Shown in pieces: positions 10,655 to 19,471 of a DNA stretch of 64,000 nt. The DNA comes from an uncultured Spirochaetota bacterium. Its GTDB lineage: Bacteria > Spirochaetota > Spirochaetia > SZUA-6 > Fen-1364. Each line of letters begins with the position of its first letter. Position 1 is the first letter of the stretch. A program made the position numbers and the translations under genes. The notes under the pieces are model-generated. The model searched no databases. It was not told the DNA's origin and was given only the letters and a program-made list of their open reading frames with translations. The stretch is from assembly GCA_963734545.1 (NCBI GenBank), contig CAVTHO010000006.1, positions 430,527 through 494,526 of the forward strand, given 5' to 3'.

Positions 10655-11389
10655 ATGGAGTGGCTCCTTTCGCCGTTCAAGCCGCTTTCTGTCCTCGTGA
10701 GCAATCCCTCTGCTTCCCTGTTCGCTGCCCTGTGCGTGTCATTCACATTGTTGTCATCCGCCCTGGGCATCCGAAGCTGGAAGCGGCGCTTCCCGAGCGA
10801 TTTCAGCGCGGTCATGCTCTACTTCGTCAGCTTTTTCCTTCTTCTTCTGGCGCTCCCTCTGGCCATCATCCTGCTCCACGGGATGGCACCCTCGCGCTTC
10901 GGGATGGGAATCGGCGACTGGAGGCTGGGGATCATCCTCGGCCTCGCCGGGCTCCTGCCCACGCTGGCGGGCCTTTTCACGGGATGGCGGGATCCTGCCA
11001 TGCAGGAATACTACCCCTTCTCCAAGGAAGCATTGGCAAGCCCGGGGCGCTTCGTCTTCTACGAAACCGCGTATCTGGTCCTCTACTACCTCGCCTGGGA
11101 GTTCACTTTCCGGGGGGTGATGCTGTTCGGGCTTCTCGCCCTGCTCCCTCCGACCCTCCCCGGCGTCCTGATTGCCATTCTGATCCAGACCATCGTGTCG
11201 ACCGTCTTTCATATAGGGCATCCGGATTCAGAAATAACGGGGGCGCTCATTTTCGGCCTTCTTGCCGGCCTGGTCACGGCGGCCGCGGGCTCTTTCCTGT
11301 ATGCGCTCGTTCTTCACGCTTTGGCCGGCATTGTGAACGACAGCGTCATGTACGGACGGTCTCGGCGCGCGCGGCGGCTCGCAAGATAG
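10655..11389 (+). CDS. CPBP (CAAX/Abi) family intramembrane glutamic protease
   Basis: Multi-TM; WEFTFRG, FHIGHP and HALAGIVND motifs. Confidence 0.8.
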   Translation: MEWLLSPFKPLSVLVSNPSASLFAALCVSFTLLSSALGIRSWKRRFPSDFSAVMLYFVSFFLLLLALPLAIILLHGMAPSRFGMGIGDWRLGIILGLAGLLPTLAGLFTGWRDPAMQEYYPFSKEALASPGRFVFYETAYLVLYYLAWEFTFRGVMLFGLLALLPPTLPGVLIAILIQTIVSTVFHIGHPDSEITGALIFGLLAGLVTAAAGSFLYALVLHALAGIVNDSVMYGRSRRARRLAR

Positions 11390-11419
11390 CTGCCTGATCA
11401 AACGTTCGGAGACGAATTG

Positions 11420-12535
11420 ATGAGCAAGAGGATCCTCTTTCCCTATCTGTCCGCGGGGCTCGGTCACCTGATCAACGCGCAATCCATTGCGCACTATGTG
11501 AGCCGGATGCGCCCCGGGTGGGACATACGCATCATGGACGCCGCGCGTGAGCTGGATGACGCCCGGTTGAAGAAGACATTCGAGGATTTGTGGAGGACGC
11601 TGCTCCGTATGCCGGCGTTCCTCTCGCGGTTCTTCTTCGCCCTCGAGCGCCTGGTCCCCGCATTGTTCGTCGCCGTGAACCGGAGCTCGTTCCGCACCGC
11701 GGTGCCGAAGGCAGCCGCTTTTCTTGCCTCGTACAGGCCTGACCTGATCATGGCGACGCACTGGGCGTGCGCGCACCTGTTCTCCATGGCCCGCGGAGAG
11801 CAGTCGATTCCGCTCTACCTGATCTATGGGGAGCTCGGCGCCACCTACAGCGTGATCAACAGCGGGGCGGACGTCTACTTCGCTCCCACGCCGCGCATCG
11901 AGGAGGGGCTCAGGAGGATCGGCGTGAAACCGGACTGCATCAGGCCGGTCCCCTTCCTCGTGGAGCCGCGCCTCATGGAGAACACCATCCCGCGGGAGGA
12001 GCACAAACGCAGGCTCGGTATCGCGGCAGACCGCCTGTGCGTCGTTCTCAGTCTGGGGGGGGAGGGGATCGGCCTTTCGATGCGGTTCATCGAGGGCTTC
12101 GTCCGCGGTGTTGAAAGAGCGAGCCTGATCGTGCTCACGGGCCGCAACACGCAGCTCCTGGGCGAGCTGGGGGGCAGATTCAAATCGGAGGCGGTGATCC
12201 CCGTCGGCTTCCAGGAAGACATCAGCGGCATCCTTTCCGCCGCGGACGTCCTGGCCGGGAAGTGCGGCACCAGCTACGCGATGCTGGCGGTCAAGAAAGG
12301 CATCCCGCTGCTTGTCACGCACGTCGGGGCGCCGAACGAGGGGGAGAACATGCGCTACATCGTGGAAAACGGATACGGATGGTTCTGCCCGCGTCCGCGC
12401 CAGTTCGTCCAGCGCCTGTCCCTGATGGCTCGGGACCCCGGGAGCTGGGAGGACGTGCGCACGCGGCTGGCGCGCGTGGACCGGCGGAACGGCGCGGAGA
12501 CCATCGCCGCCGCCATAGTGGAAGCCCTCGCATGA
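11420..12535 (+). CDS. MGDG-synthase/UgtP-like glycosyltransferase (GT28)
   Basis: SAGLGH, PDLIMATH, LGGEGIG, VLTGRN, GFQED..LSAADVLAGKCG, PNEGEN. Confidence 0.85.
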   Translation: MSKRILFPYLSAGLGHLINAQSIAHYVSRMRPGWDIRIMDAARELDDARLKKTFEDLWRTLLRMPAFLSRFFFALERLVPALFVAVNRSSFRTAVPKAAAFLASYRPDLIMATHWACAHLFSMARGEQSIPLYLIYGELGATYSVINSGADVYFAPTPRIEEGLRRIGVKPDCIRPVPFLVEPRLMENTIPREEHKRRLGIAADRLCVVLSLGGEGIGLSMRFIEGFVRGVERASLIVLTGRNTQLLGELGGRFKSEAVIPVGFQEDISGILSAADVLAGKCGTSYAMLAVKKGIPLLVTHVGAPNEGENMRYIVENGYGWFCPRPRQFVQRLSLMARDPGSWEDVRTRLARVDRRNGAETIAAAIVEALA

Positions 12536-13599
12536 AGGAGAGCTACGATCTTCACGACCGCTCCAGCGTCCGCCGCGTCCTCAAGTTCGTCCTCCTTGCG
12601 GTGATCATTGGATTCGGGGTGAACATCGTTCTTTCCCTGCTCATGGACAGGGCCCAGATCCTCGGCTCCCTGCGCCGCGTCCGGGTGATCTATTTCGTGG
12701 TGCCGCTTCTGCTCTTCGTCGCCTCCCACGTCGTGGACACGGTGCGCCTGATGCTCGTGGTGTCGCAGTTCAAGATCAGGGTGAACTTCGTCCAGGCGTT
12801 CTACAACAGCTGCGTGGGGAATTTCTTCACCAATATCACTCCTCTGACCGCGGGAGGGCAGCCGTTCCAGATCTATCACCTGAACGCCCGGGGCGTGCCT
12901 CCGGAAATCGCCACGAACGTGATCATGTCCCGTTTCGTGGAACAGGCAATGACCTCCCTGCTCATCTCGATCGTGTTCCTGACGCAGATATCGTGGATCG
13001 CTTCCACGCTCGGCTTCGGACGGAACCTGATCTATATCGCCCTGGGCATCTCCCTCACCGTGACTCTGCTCCTGCTCGCGCTGCTGATCTGGCCTCACTT
13101 CATCGGCCGGCTGGCCATCATGCTCGAGCGCACCCTCCTGGGCCGGCTCATCGGCCGGATCAGCGGCAAGCACAACTGGGCCCCCAGCCTGCACCGCTAC
13201 TCGCATCGCCTGCGGGAGAACGTGCGCATCCTGTGGTCCACGAAGACGCCGGTCATGATCGTCGACATCCTGCTGGGGCTGGGGAACATCCTCCTGCATG
13301 CGTATTCCCTCCTGTACGTGCTGGAAGGGGTCGTGGGCACGAGACTTTCCTTCCTCGCCGTTGCCATCAGTTATGTGATCCTGTGGCAGATCGTCTTCTA
13401 CGTCCCCACGCCGGGGGCCAGCGGAAGCGTGGAAGGGGCCTTCGCCCTCGTGTACTCCGGCATGACCTCCGACCTGGGCGCCACCGTCATCGCCGTCTTC
13501 GTCTGGAGGATCTCGACCTATTACCTGCTGCTCCTCTTCGACGCGCTGGTCTACGTCGTTCTGGGCAGGTTCGCGAACACCAGCGTGCGGAAGTCATGA
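12532..13599 (+). CDS. Lysylphosphatidylglycerol-synthase TM-domain / flippase-like protein
   Basis: FFTNITPLTAGGQPFQIYHL, PTPGASGSVEG, WRISTYY; ATGA overlap with the GT gene. Confidence 0.85.
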   Translation: MKESYDLHDRSSVRRVLKFVLLAVIIGFGVNIVLSLLMDRAQILGSLRRVRVIYFVVPLLLFVASHVVDTVRLMLVVSQFKIRVNFVQAFYNSCVGNFFTNITPLTAGGQPFQIYHLNARGVPPEIATNVIMSRFVEQAMTSLLISIVFLTQISWIASTLGFGRNLIYIALGISLTVTLLLLALLIWPHFIGRLAIMLERTLLGRLIGRISGKHNWAPSLHRYSHRLRENVRILWSTKTPVMIVDILLGLGNILLHAYSLLYVLEGVVGTRLSFLAVAISYVILWQIVFYVPTPGASGSVEGAFALVYSGMTSDLGATVIAVFVWRISTYYLLLLFDALVYVVLGRFANTSVRKS

Positions 13600-14712
13600 G
13601 AGCACAGCGGGCATCCCGAGGAAGTCCCCATAGCGCGTGACAGCGGCCGCGACACCGCGCGCTTCGGTCCTGCTGAGCGGGCTGAACGGGCTCGCCGAGA
13701 CCACGACCTCGGTTCGCCTGATTGTGCGCTTCCATGTGCCAGCTATCCGGCCGTTCACTGCGATCGTGGGATGCAGGAGGCCGTTGCCCGATCTGGCCAT
13801 GTGCCGGGCGTCCAGTATGGCGCTTCGATCCTTGTAGCCGACGACATATTCGTCAAAACACGGGAGGAGCCAGGCACCGGCAGGGTTTCCCTGCTCCGCC
13901 CGGCCGCGCCGCGCCGCGGGCGGCGCCTGCTCGCGTCCGCCCGGCCCCGTCCGCCCGCGCGGCGCCTGCCAGAATGTTTCTCCGTCAACGACGCTCGGCT
14001 GCAGCTTCCCTCTCACCGATTCGAGCCCCCTCCGCGCATCCGCTGCCGGCAGGCCCGACCACCAGGTGTAGTCCTGCAGGGTGGCCGGTCCGTGACTCGC
14101 GAAGTATCTCTCCGCCAGCTCGGCGAGCGCCTGATCAGGCTCCCGGCTGCCGGCCGCGGGCGCCCACTCATCCAGCAGGGTGTGCGTGAACTCCCTGCCG
14201 CGCCGCTCACCGAAGCAGATCAGCCGGTCCAGGCTTGCTCTCTGCAGCATGTACACCATGCGCTGTCCGGCCGTAGAGATGCCGGCCCGCTGGAGGGAGG
14301 CAGCCAATTCCCCGCGGATGAGCTGCCTGCCGTCGCGCAGGGACCGGACGAATATGGTCTCTGCCGCGGCCATTGTCGGTTCGTCCAGCTCGAGCTCCCG
14401 GTAGCGCCGTGCATTGCCCCTGATGATCTCGGGAGCCGCAAGAGTCAGAATCCACCGTATGTCCTCCGCGGTGACGAAATGGAGCGTGCCGCGCAGGGCC
14501 CAGGTGCGGATGATGGCCTTGTCTGCAATCCCCTTTTCCACCCCCTCATCCGTCGCGCGGCGCATCCTCATGCCGATTGCCCAGAGCGATCCGGCATAGT
14601 CCTGCGCCTGGACTGCTCCCATGAGTCTCACCACATCGGCCGGATTCTTCACGCCGTCCCCCGAGATGTGCTGGTGATGAAGCCGTACAGACGCGAGATC
14701 CCGATTCGTCAT
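13594..14712 (-). CDS. AlkZ/YcaQ-family (HTH_42) DNA glycosylase
   Basis: AVQAQD, RTWALRGTLH, YFASHGPATLQDYTWWSGL, LLPCFDEYVVGYKDR, GRIAGTW. Confidence 0.88.
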   Translation of the reverse strand: MTNRDLASVRLHHQHISGDGVKNPADVVRLMGAVQAQDYAGSLWAIGMRMRRATDEGVEKGIADKAIIRTWALRGTLHFVTAEDIRWILTLAAPEIIRGNARRYRELELDEPTMAAAETIFVRSLRDGRQLIRGELAASLQRAGISTAGQRMVYMLQRASLDRLICFGERRGREFTHTLLDEWAPAAGSREPDQALAELAERYFASHGPATLQDYTWWSGLPAADARRGLESVRGKLQPSVVDGETFWQAPRGRTGPGGREQAPPAARRGRAEQGNPAGAWLLPCFDEYVVGYKDRSAILDARHMARSGNGLLHPTIAVNGRIAGTWKRTIRRTEVVVSASPFSPLSRTEARGVAAAVTRYGDFLGMPAVLS

Positions 14713-14790
14713 GGCGTTCCCGCGGGGTCGAGGTGCCGCGCGTGCAGAGTTCTCATTTGTTGAACATAGCGGTTTTTCTTATATTTGCGT

Positions 14791-15375
14791 ATGAAGAAAA
14801 AAATCGGGATCATCGGAAAAGGACACGTGGGCAGCGCGCTTCAAAAGGGTCTGGAGCGTGCCGGGTACGAGGTGAAGATGACCGGTAAAGGCGATGCCGT
14901 GCGCGCCACGGCGGCCTGGGGGGAGATCATCATCCTTGCAGTCCCCTACACAGCTCTCGATGCCGCCCTGGGGGCAATGGGGAAGGCGATAGACGGAAAG
15001 ACACTCGTGGACGTGTCAAACGTGCTGGGCGCGGATGGAAAGCTGGCGCTCGGCTTTACCACGAGCGGAGCCGAGCAGCTCCAGAGGAAGGCACCCTCGG
15101 CTAAAGTAGTGAAGGCCTTCAACACCATATTCGCGCAGAACATGAGCACGGGAAAGGTGAGGGACTCGCGGCTGGCCTGCCTGGCAGCGGCGGATGATGA
15201 GAAGGCAAAAGCCGATGTGCTGGAAATGGCGAACGCCATCGGGTTCGATGCGATAGACGCCGGACCCCTGGCCAATTCCCGGTGGCTGGAATCACTCGGA
15301 TTCCTCAACATCCAGCTCGGATACGTGATCAACAAGGGGTTGGGAGCCGGGATAGGGTTCGCGCTCGTCCGCTGA
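14791..15375 (+). CDS. F420-dependent NADP reductase-like oxidoreductase
   Basis: IGIIGKGHVG, LAVPY, VDVSN, SGAE, VVKAFNTI, GFDAIDAGPL. Confidence 0.85.
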   Translation: MKKKIGIIGKGHVGSALQKGLERAGYEVKMTGKGDAVRATAAWGEIIILAVPYTALDAALGAMGKAIDGKTLVDVSNVLGADGKLALGFTTSGAEQLQRKAPSAKVVKAFNTIFAQNMSTGKVRDSRLACLAAADDEKAKADVLEMANAIGFDAIDAGPLANSRWLESLGFLNIQLGYVINKGLGAGIGFALVR

Positions 15376-15399
15376 TTGTCCGGGCATCGGCGGGCGATC

Positions 15400-16815
15400 C
15401 TATTCAGGCTGTCTGCCCGGACGCCTCTTCACGCGCGCGGAAGCCCGCTCGCGCGCCTTCCTCTTCAACACCGGCGTCACAAGCAGAGTGTACAGCAGGC
15501 ACACAAGGAAGAATCCCGCCATGGCCACCGCCACCCAGTAGTTCTGGAAGAGCACTGCCCCGGTGGAATCCCTGCTGGCGTCCAGGAAAATTCCGACCAG
15601 CAATGCCGTGAAGACAACCACGACGGCGACCGGGATGACAGGGCCCAGGGGAATCTTGAAGTCCCGAGGATTGTCAGGCCGCCTCTTTCGAAGCCTGAGC
15701 ACGCAGAGCGCCATCACGACATAGATGAAGCACTCCAGGCCGGCCGCCATGACGATGATGAAGAGGTATTTTTGCGTCGCCAGGATGAGGAAGCTGATTG
15801 CCAGGGCAAAGATCGTCAGCGCGAGTATGGAGAACCACGGCGTGGCACGGTCGGGATGCAGCTTTGAAAACGATCGCGGGAGAACATTGTCCCGGGCCAT
15901 TGCATAGGCGAACCGTGAAGTGTTGAGCAGCCCGGAGTTGAATGAGGTAGCCGAGGCGAGGATGCTCATGAGAACGAACAGGAGCATGCCCGGTATGCCG
16001 AGAAGATTCCTCCCGAAAAGGATGTGAGGGATGGGCGTCCCACTGGCACGCTGCAGGGGAGTGAGACCCGTCCACATGGCAACCGTGAACAGGGAGTACG
16101 TGACGGACAGGATCCCTATCGCGATGAGCATTCCTTTTCCGATGAGGCGATAATCGGTGGTTTCCTCCGCCAGGGGAGTCACCCACTCGAATCCCACGTA
16201 CAGGAAGACTCCCACCGCGGCCGCCTGCAGGACGTTGCTGAAGGTGAATCGCGGGCTGGCGAGGGCCGGGCGGAGGTCGATGCCGGTCCGCGCCAGGGAA
16301 TAGACCGACACGAGCACGAGAAAGCCGATCATGACATAGGTCATGATGTCCTGGACGAGCCCGGTGAGCTTCACGCCGCGATAGTTGATGAATGCCACAA
16401 GGAGGATGAAAAGCGTCATCCAGAACACCCGGTCAATCGTCGGGCTGACAAGCGGGATCGTCCCGACCAGGACGCTGGAGAGCAGATAGCTTTCCGCGCC
16501 CACCATCGAGACGCCGAGGATGACATAGAATGTGCCGATGACGACGGCGGCCTTTTCGTTGAATGCATTCTGGATGAAGAGCTTGATACCGGCAGCCGTC
16601 GGGTATTGGGAGATGAGCTCCGAGAAGCACAACGAGGCAAGGAGGCAGAAGACGCCCGCCACCAGAATGGAGATCCATGCAAGCTCACCCACGAGGATCA
16701 AGGCCACCTGCAGACCGGCCAGGTAGCACGAGGTGGCGAGCGCCATGCCCGCGGAGGTCGACGTGACGGTCCGCAGGGTGAGCACCTTTTTCAGCGTGGT
16801 CATCGTGTCAGGCAT
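15400..16815 (-). CDS. APC-family amino acid/polyamine permease
   Basis: About 12 TM; FSELISQYPTAAG, YVGFE, AEE, SRFAYAMARDNVLP. Confidence 0.88.
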   Translation of the reverse strand: MPDTMTTLKKVLTLRTVTSTSAGMALATSCYLAGLQVALILVGELAWISILVAGVFCLLASLCFSELISQYPTAAGIKLFIQNAFNEKAAVVIGTFYVILGVSMVGAESYLLSSVLVGTIPLVSPTIDRVFWMTLFILLVAFINYRGVKLTGLVQDIMTYVMIGFLVLVSVYSLARTGIDLRPALASPRFTFSNVLQAAAVGVFLYVGFEWVTPLAEETTDYRLIGKGMLIAIGILSVTYSLFTVAMWTGLTPLQRASGTPIPHILFGRNLLGIPGMLLFVLMSILASATSFNSGLLNTSRFAYAMARDNVLPRSFSKLHPDRATPWFSILALTIFALAISFLILATQKYLFIIVMAAGLECFIYVVMALCVLRLRKRRPDNPRDFKIPLGPVIPVAVVVVFTALLVGIFLDASRDSTGAVLFQNYWVAVAMAGFFLVCLLYTLLVTPVLKRKARERASARVKRRPGRQPE

Positions 16816-17167
16816 CCGGCCAGATGATCATGGTGATGGCGTCCAGCCGCACGATGTCCTCCTGGCTCGCCTTCACACGGATTTCACCCTGGAGATACTT
16901 CTGGGAAGGATTCAGGTCTCCCCAGAACATGTCGCAGAGATGCTCGCTCCGCGCCGTCACCACGATGTCCGGGGTACCGGAGGCGCCGGCTTCGAAGGAG
17001 ACGATTTCCCCATTGACAACGCGCATCGTAAACGCGTCACCGCTGTCCTCGGCATTGAAATGGAGAAGCTTCGACCAGTCGCGCTGCATGCGGCGCAGCC
17101 GCACATTGTCGTTGCACTGGACCTGATAGTCGGCCAGTGCATCCAGGATTTCCTGGCTCGTTGCCAT
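16808..17167 (-). CDS. Stand-alone SCP2 sterol/lipid-binding domain protein
   Basis: PDIVV....LCDMFWGDLNPSQKYLQGEIRVK SCP2 signature; AAGGGG RBS before ATG 17167. Confidence 0.75.
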   Translation of the reverse strand: MATSQEILDALADYQVQCNDNVRLRRMQRDWSKLLHFNAEDSGDAFTMRVVNGEIVSFEAGASGTPDIVVTARSEHLCDMFWGDLNPSQKYLQGEIRVKASQEDIVRLDAITMIIWPDA

Positions 17168-17187
17168 GAGGGTATCCCCCTTTCCGT

Positions 17188-18459
17188 TCACCCCTCGTCC
17201 TTTCCGATTCCCTTCTCGGTGGAAAGCTCCTGCATCGCGCCCCCGAGGGCAGCGAGCACTTCATCCACTTCTTCCGCCGTGATGACCAGCGGCGGCATGA
17301 GGCGGCAAATGCTGGGGTCGTTGCCCGTATAGACGGCGAGCACCCCCCGTGCCGCGAGCTTTCGCGTCATCCGCGGCCCGATCGACTCGTTCGTGTACTG
17401 CAGACCCATCATCAGGCCCTTCTGCCGGACCTCGAGCAGCAGCGAGGGATACCTCTCTAGTAGCCGCTCGAAGCCCGCGCGAAACCGGTCCCCCATGGAG
17501 CGGGCGTTGCCCGCCAGGTCATGGGCGGTGATGAAGTCGATCGTGGCAAGGCCGACGAGACAGCCGAGGTCCGAGCCGCCGAAGGTGGAGAGGTGGATGA
17601 ACGGGTGGGGGACGAAGAAGTCGCTGACCTCCCGCGTGAAGAGCGTGGCGGAAATCGGATACAGACCTCCGCCGAGGGATTTTGCGACCGCCATGATGTC
17701 GGGAGCGACTGCCCAGTGCTCGCAGGCGAACATCCTTCCCGTGCGGCCGAAGCCGGTCTGTATCTCGTCGAGGATGAGGAGCACGCCCTTCTCATCGCAG
17801 AGCTTCCGAACGGCGGGAAGATAGTCGTCAGGGGGGATGTTGATTCCCCCCTCCCCCTGTATGGGCTCGAGAATGACGGCGGCCGTCTCCGACGTGACAG
17901 CCGCCTGGAGCGCCCGAATGTCCCCGAAAGGAACCTGGAAAAAGCCCGGCATGAGCGGCTCGAAGGGCTCCTTGTACGCGTCACGGCCTATGGCGGAAAG
18001 GGCGAAACCGGTGTGACCGTGGTATGCCTTCTCTGCGTAGATGATACCGGGCTTCATCGTGTAGCCACGGGCGATCTTGATCGCCGTGTCAATGGCCTCC
18101 CCGCCACCGGATCCGAACACGCAGCACTGAAGCCCCGGGGGGGCGATCTCGGAAAGGCGTTTTGCGAGGTCCGCCTTCTGACGCGACGCCAGGAGGAACA
18201 CGCCGATATCACAGGTGTCCAGCGCGTCCTTGAGGGCCTGCACGATCTCCGGATTGCGCCTCCCGACGTTCATGATGCCGGAGCCGGTCTGGCAGTCGAT
18301 GTAGCGCTGCCCCGTGATGTCCCAGGTGCAGGCGCCCTCGCGCTTCTCTTCCACGATGTCGATGCCGGCGCTCTTCAGGGTCCTTACCTTCATCGGGTTG
18401 ATATGCGATGCGAAGTCGGCCAGGGCCTGTGCTTTCAGTTGTTCCGGTGTCAGCGACAT
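17188..18459 (-). CDS. Class III PLP aminotransferase, putrescine aminotransferase (PatA)-like
   Basis: FASHINP, YHGHT, EPIQGEGG, LDEIQTGFGRTG, AKSLGGG, HLSTFGG; start at ATG 18459 after GGGGAG. Confidence 0.88.
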   Translation of the reverse strand: MSLTPEQLKAQALADFASHINPMKVRTLKSAGIDIVEEKREGACTWDITGQRYIDCQTGSGIMNVGRRNPEIVQALKDALDTCDIGVFLLASRQKADLAKRLSEIAPPGLQCCVFGSGGGEAIDTAIKIARGYTMKPGIIYAEKAYHGHTGFALSAIGRDAYKEPFEPLMPGFFQVPFGDIRALQAAVTSETAAVILEPIQGEGGINIPPDDYLPAVRKLCDEKGVLLILDEIQTGFGRTGRMFACEHWAVAPDIMAVAKSLGGGLYPISATLFTREVSDFFVPHPFIHLSTFGGSDLGCLVGLATIDFITAHDLAGNARSMGDRFRAGFERLLERYPSLLLEVRQKGLMMGLQYTNESIGPRMTRKLAARGVLAVYTGNDPSICRLMPPLVITAEEVDEVLAALGGAMQELSTEKGIGKDEG

Positions 18460-18555
18460 TCTTACACTCCCCATCGGGCGTTTTGATGGCCGCCAGTATA
18501 GTTGATGGTGCAGCAGGCGGCAAGATAGTTTCCATGCTACCATGGGCCGGACACA

Positions 18556-18937
18556 ATGGCGCGCATCACGGAGTACGAGCTGCCCGGGCAGTGGATTGTG
18601 CTGGCGGGCCGCAGCGACAGGGACAACGACGAGCTCAGCCTGGGGATCGCTTCCCAGGACGACTGGTGGTTCCACGTGCGGGGCATGCCGGGCAGCCACG
18701 TGATACTCCGCGGTCCCCCGGGGGCCGAGCCGGACAGGGAAACGCTGAAGCGTGCGGCCTCGATCGCGGCCTGGCACAGCAAGGCACGGAACGCGGGGGT
18801 CGTGGCCGTGTCCTGCACCCGGGCCGCGCAATGTGACAAAACCCCGGGGCGCCAGGTCGGGCACGGTCCAGATCCGCAAGGAGATCGTGTTGAAAGTCCG
18901 TCCGTCGGTTCCGAAAGCCCCGTCCGCTGGTTCGTGA
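18556..18937 (+). CDS. Stand-alone NFACT-R (DUF814) RNA-binding domain protein, apparent +1 frameshift near 18823
   Basis: GRSDRDNDEL, DWWFHVRGMPGSHV, AASIAAWHSKAR; continues in another frame as RNVTKPRGARSGTV. Confidence 0.8.
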
Positions 18938-18997
18938 CACGTCGTCTTGACACGATGTTCCAGACGTGTAGTCTGCGGTTGCACGGAGGAGATTGCC

Positions 18998-19471
18998 ATG
19001 CCGGACCTTGCGTCGATCGTTTCTGCTACCCTCGCCGGGTACTACGAAGAGGTGCGCGAGAAGGCGCACAAGTGGGTGGATCCTGTTACGACCGAGCAGC
19101 TCTGGAGGCGCCCGTATCCCTACGGCAACAGCATCGGCCATCTCCTCCTCCACCTCACGGGCAACCTCAACTACTACATCGGCACACGCGTGGCGGGCAC
19201 CGGCTACGTGCGTGACCGGGACCGCGAGTTCAACGAAACCGCGAAGAGGCCCAAGGCAGAAGTGTTGGCGGACTTCGACCGCGCAATCGCAATGGTCGTG
19301 TCGACGATCGGGGCGCAGTCCGCACAGGACTGGAGCGCCCCGTACTCCGCCGAGCGCGAGCCGGAAGCGAAGGACCGATTCACGGCTTTCTTTCGCATGG
19401 TTGCCCACGCGCATCATCACGTCGGCCAGATGATCTATCTCTCCAAAGAGCTCACCCGGCCCCGGTCATAG
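18998..19471 (+). CDS. DinB/DUF1572-family protein
   Basis: NSIGHLLLHLTGN, RDRDREF, HAHHHVGQM. Confidence 0.85.
   Translation: MPDLASIVSATLAGYYEEVREKAHKWVDPVTTEQLWRRPYPYGNSIGHLLLHLTGNLNYYIGTRVAGTGYVRDRDREFNETAKRPKAEVLADFDRAIAMVVSTIGAQSAQDWSAPYSAEREPEAKDRFTAFFRMVAHAHHHVGQMIYLSKELTRPRS

Noticed and set aside
18460-18999. N-terminal extension of the aminotransferase ORF
   Set aside because: Antisense to the NFACT-R gene; an RBS and homology start at 18459. The same applies to the extended ORFs 12262-13599, 21975-22805 and 33479-34405.
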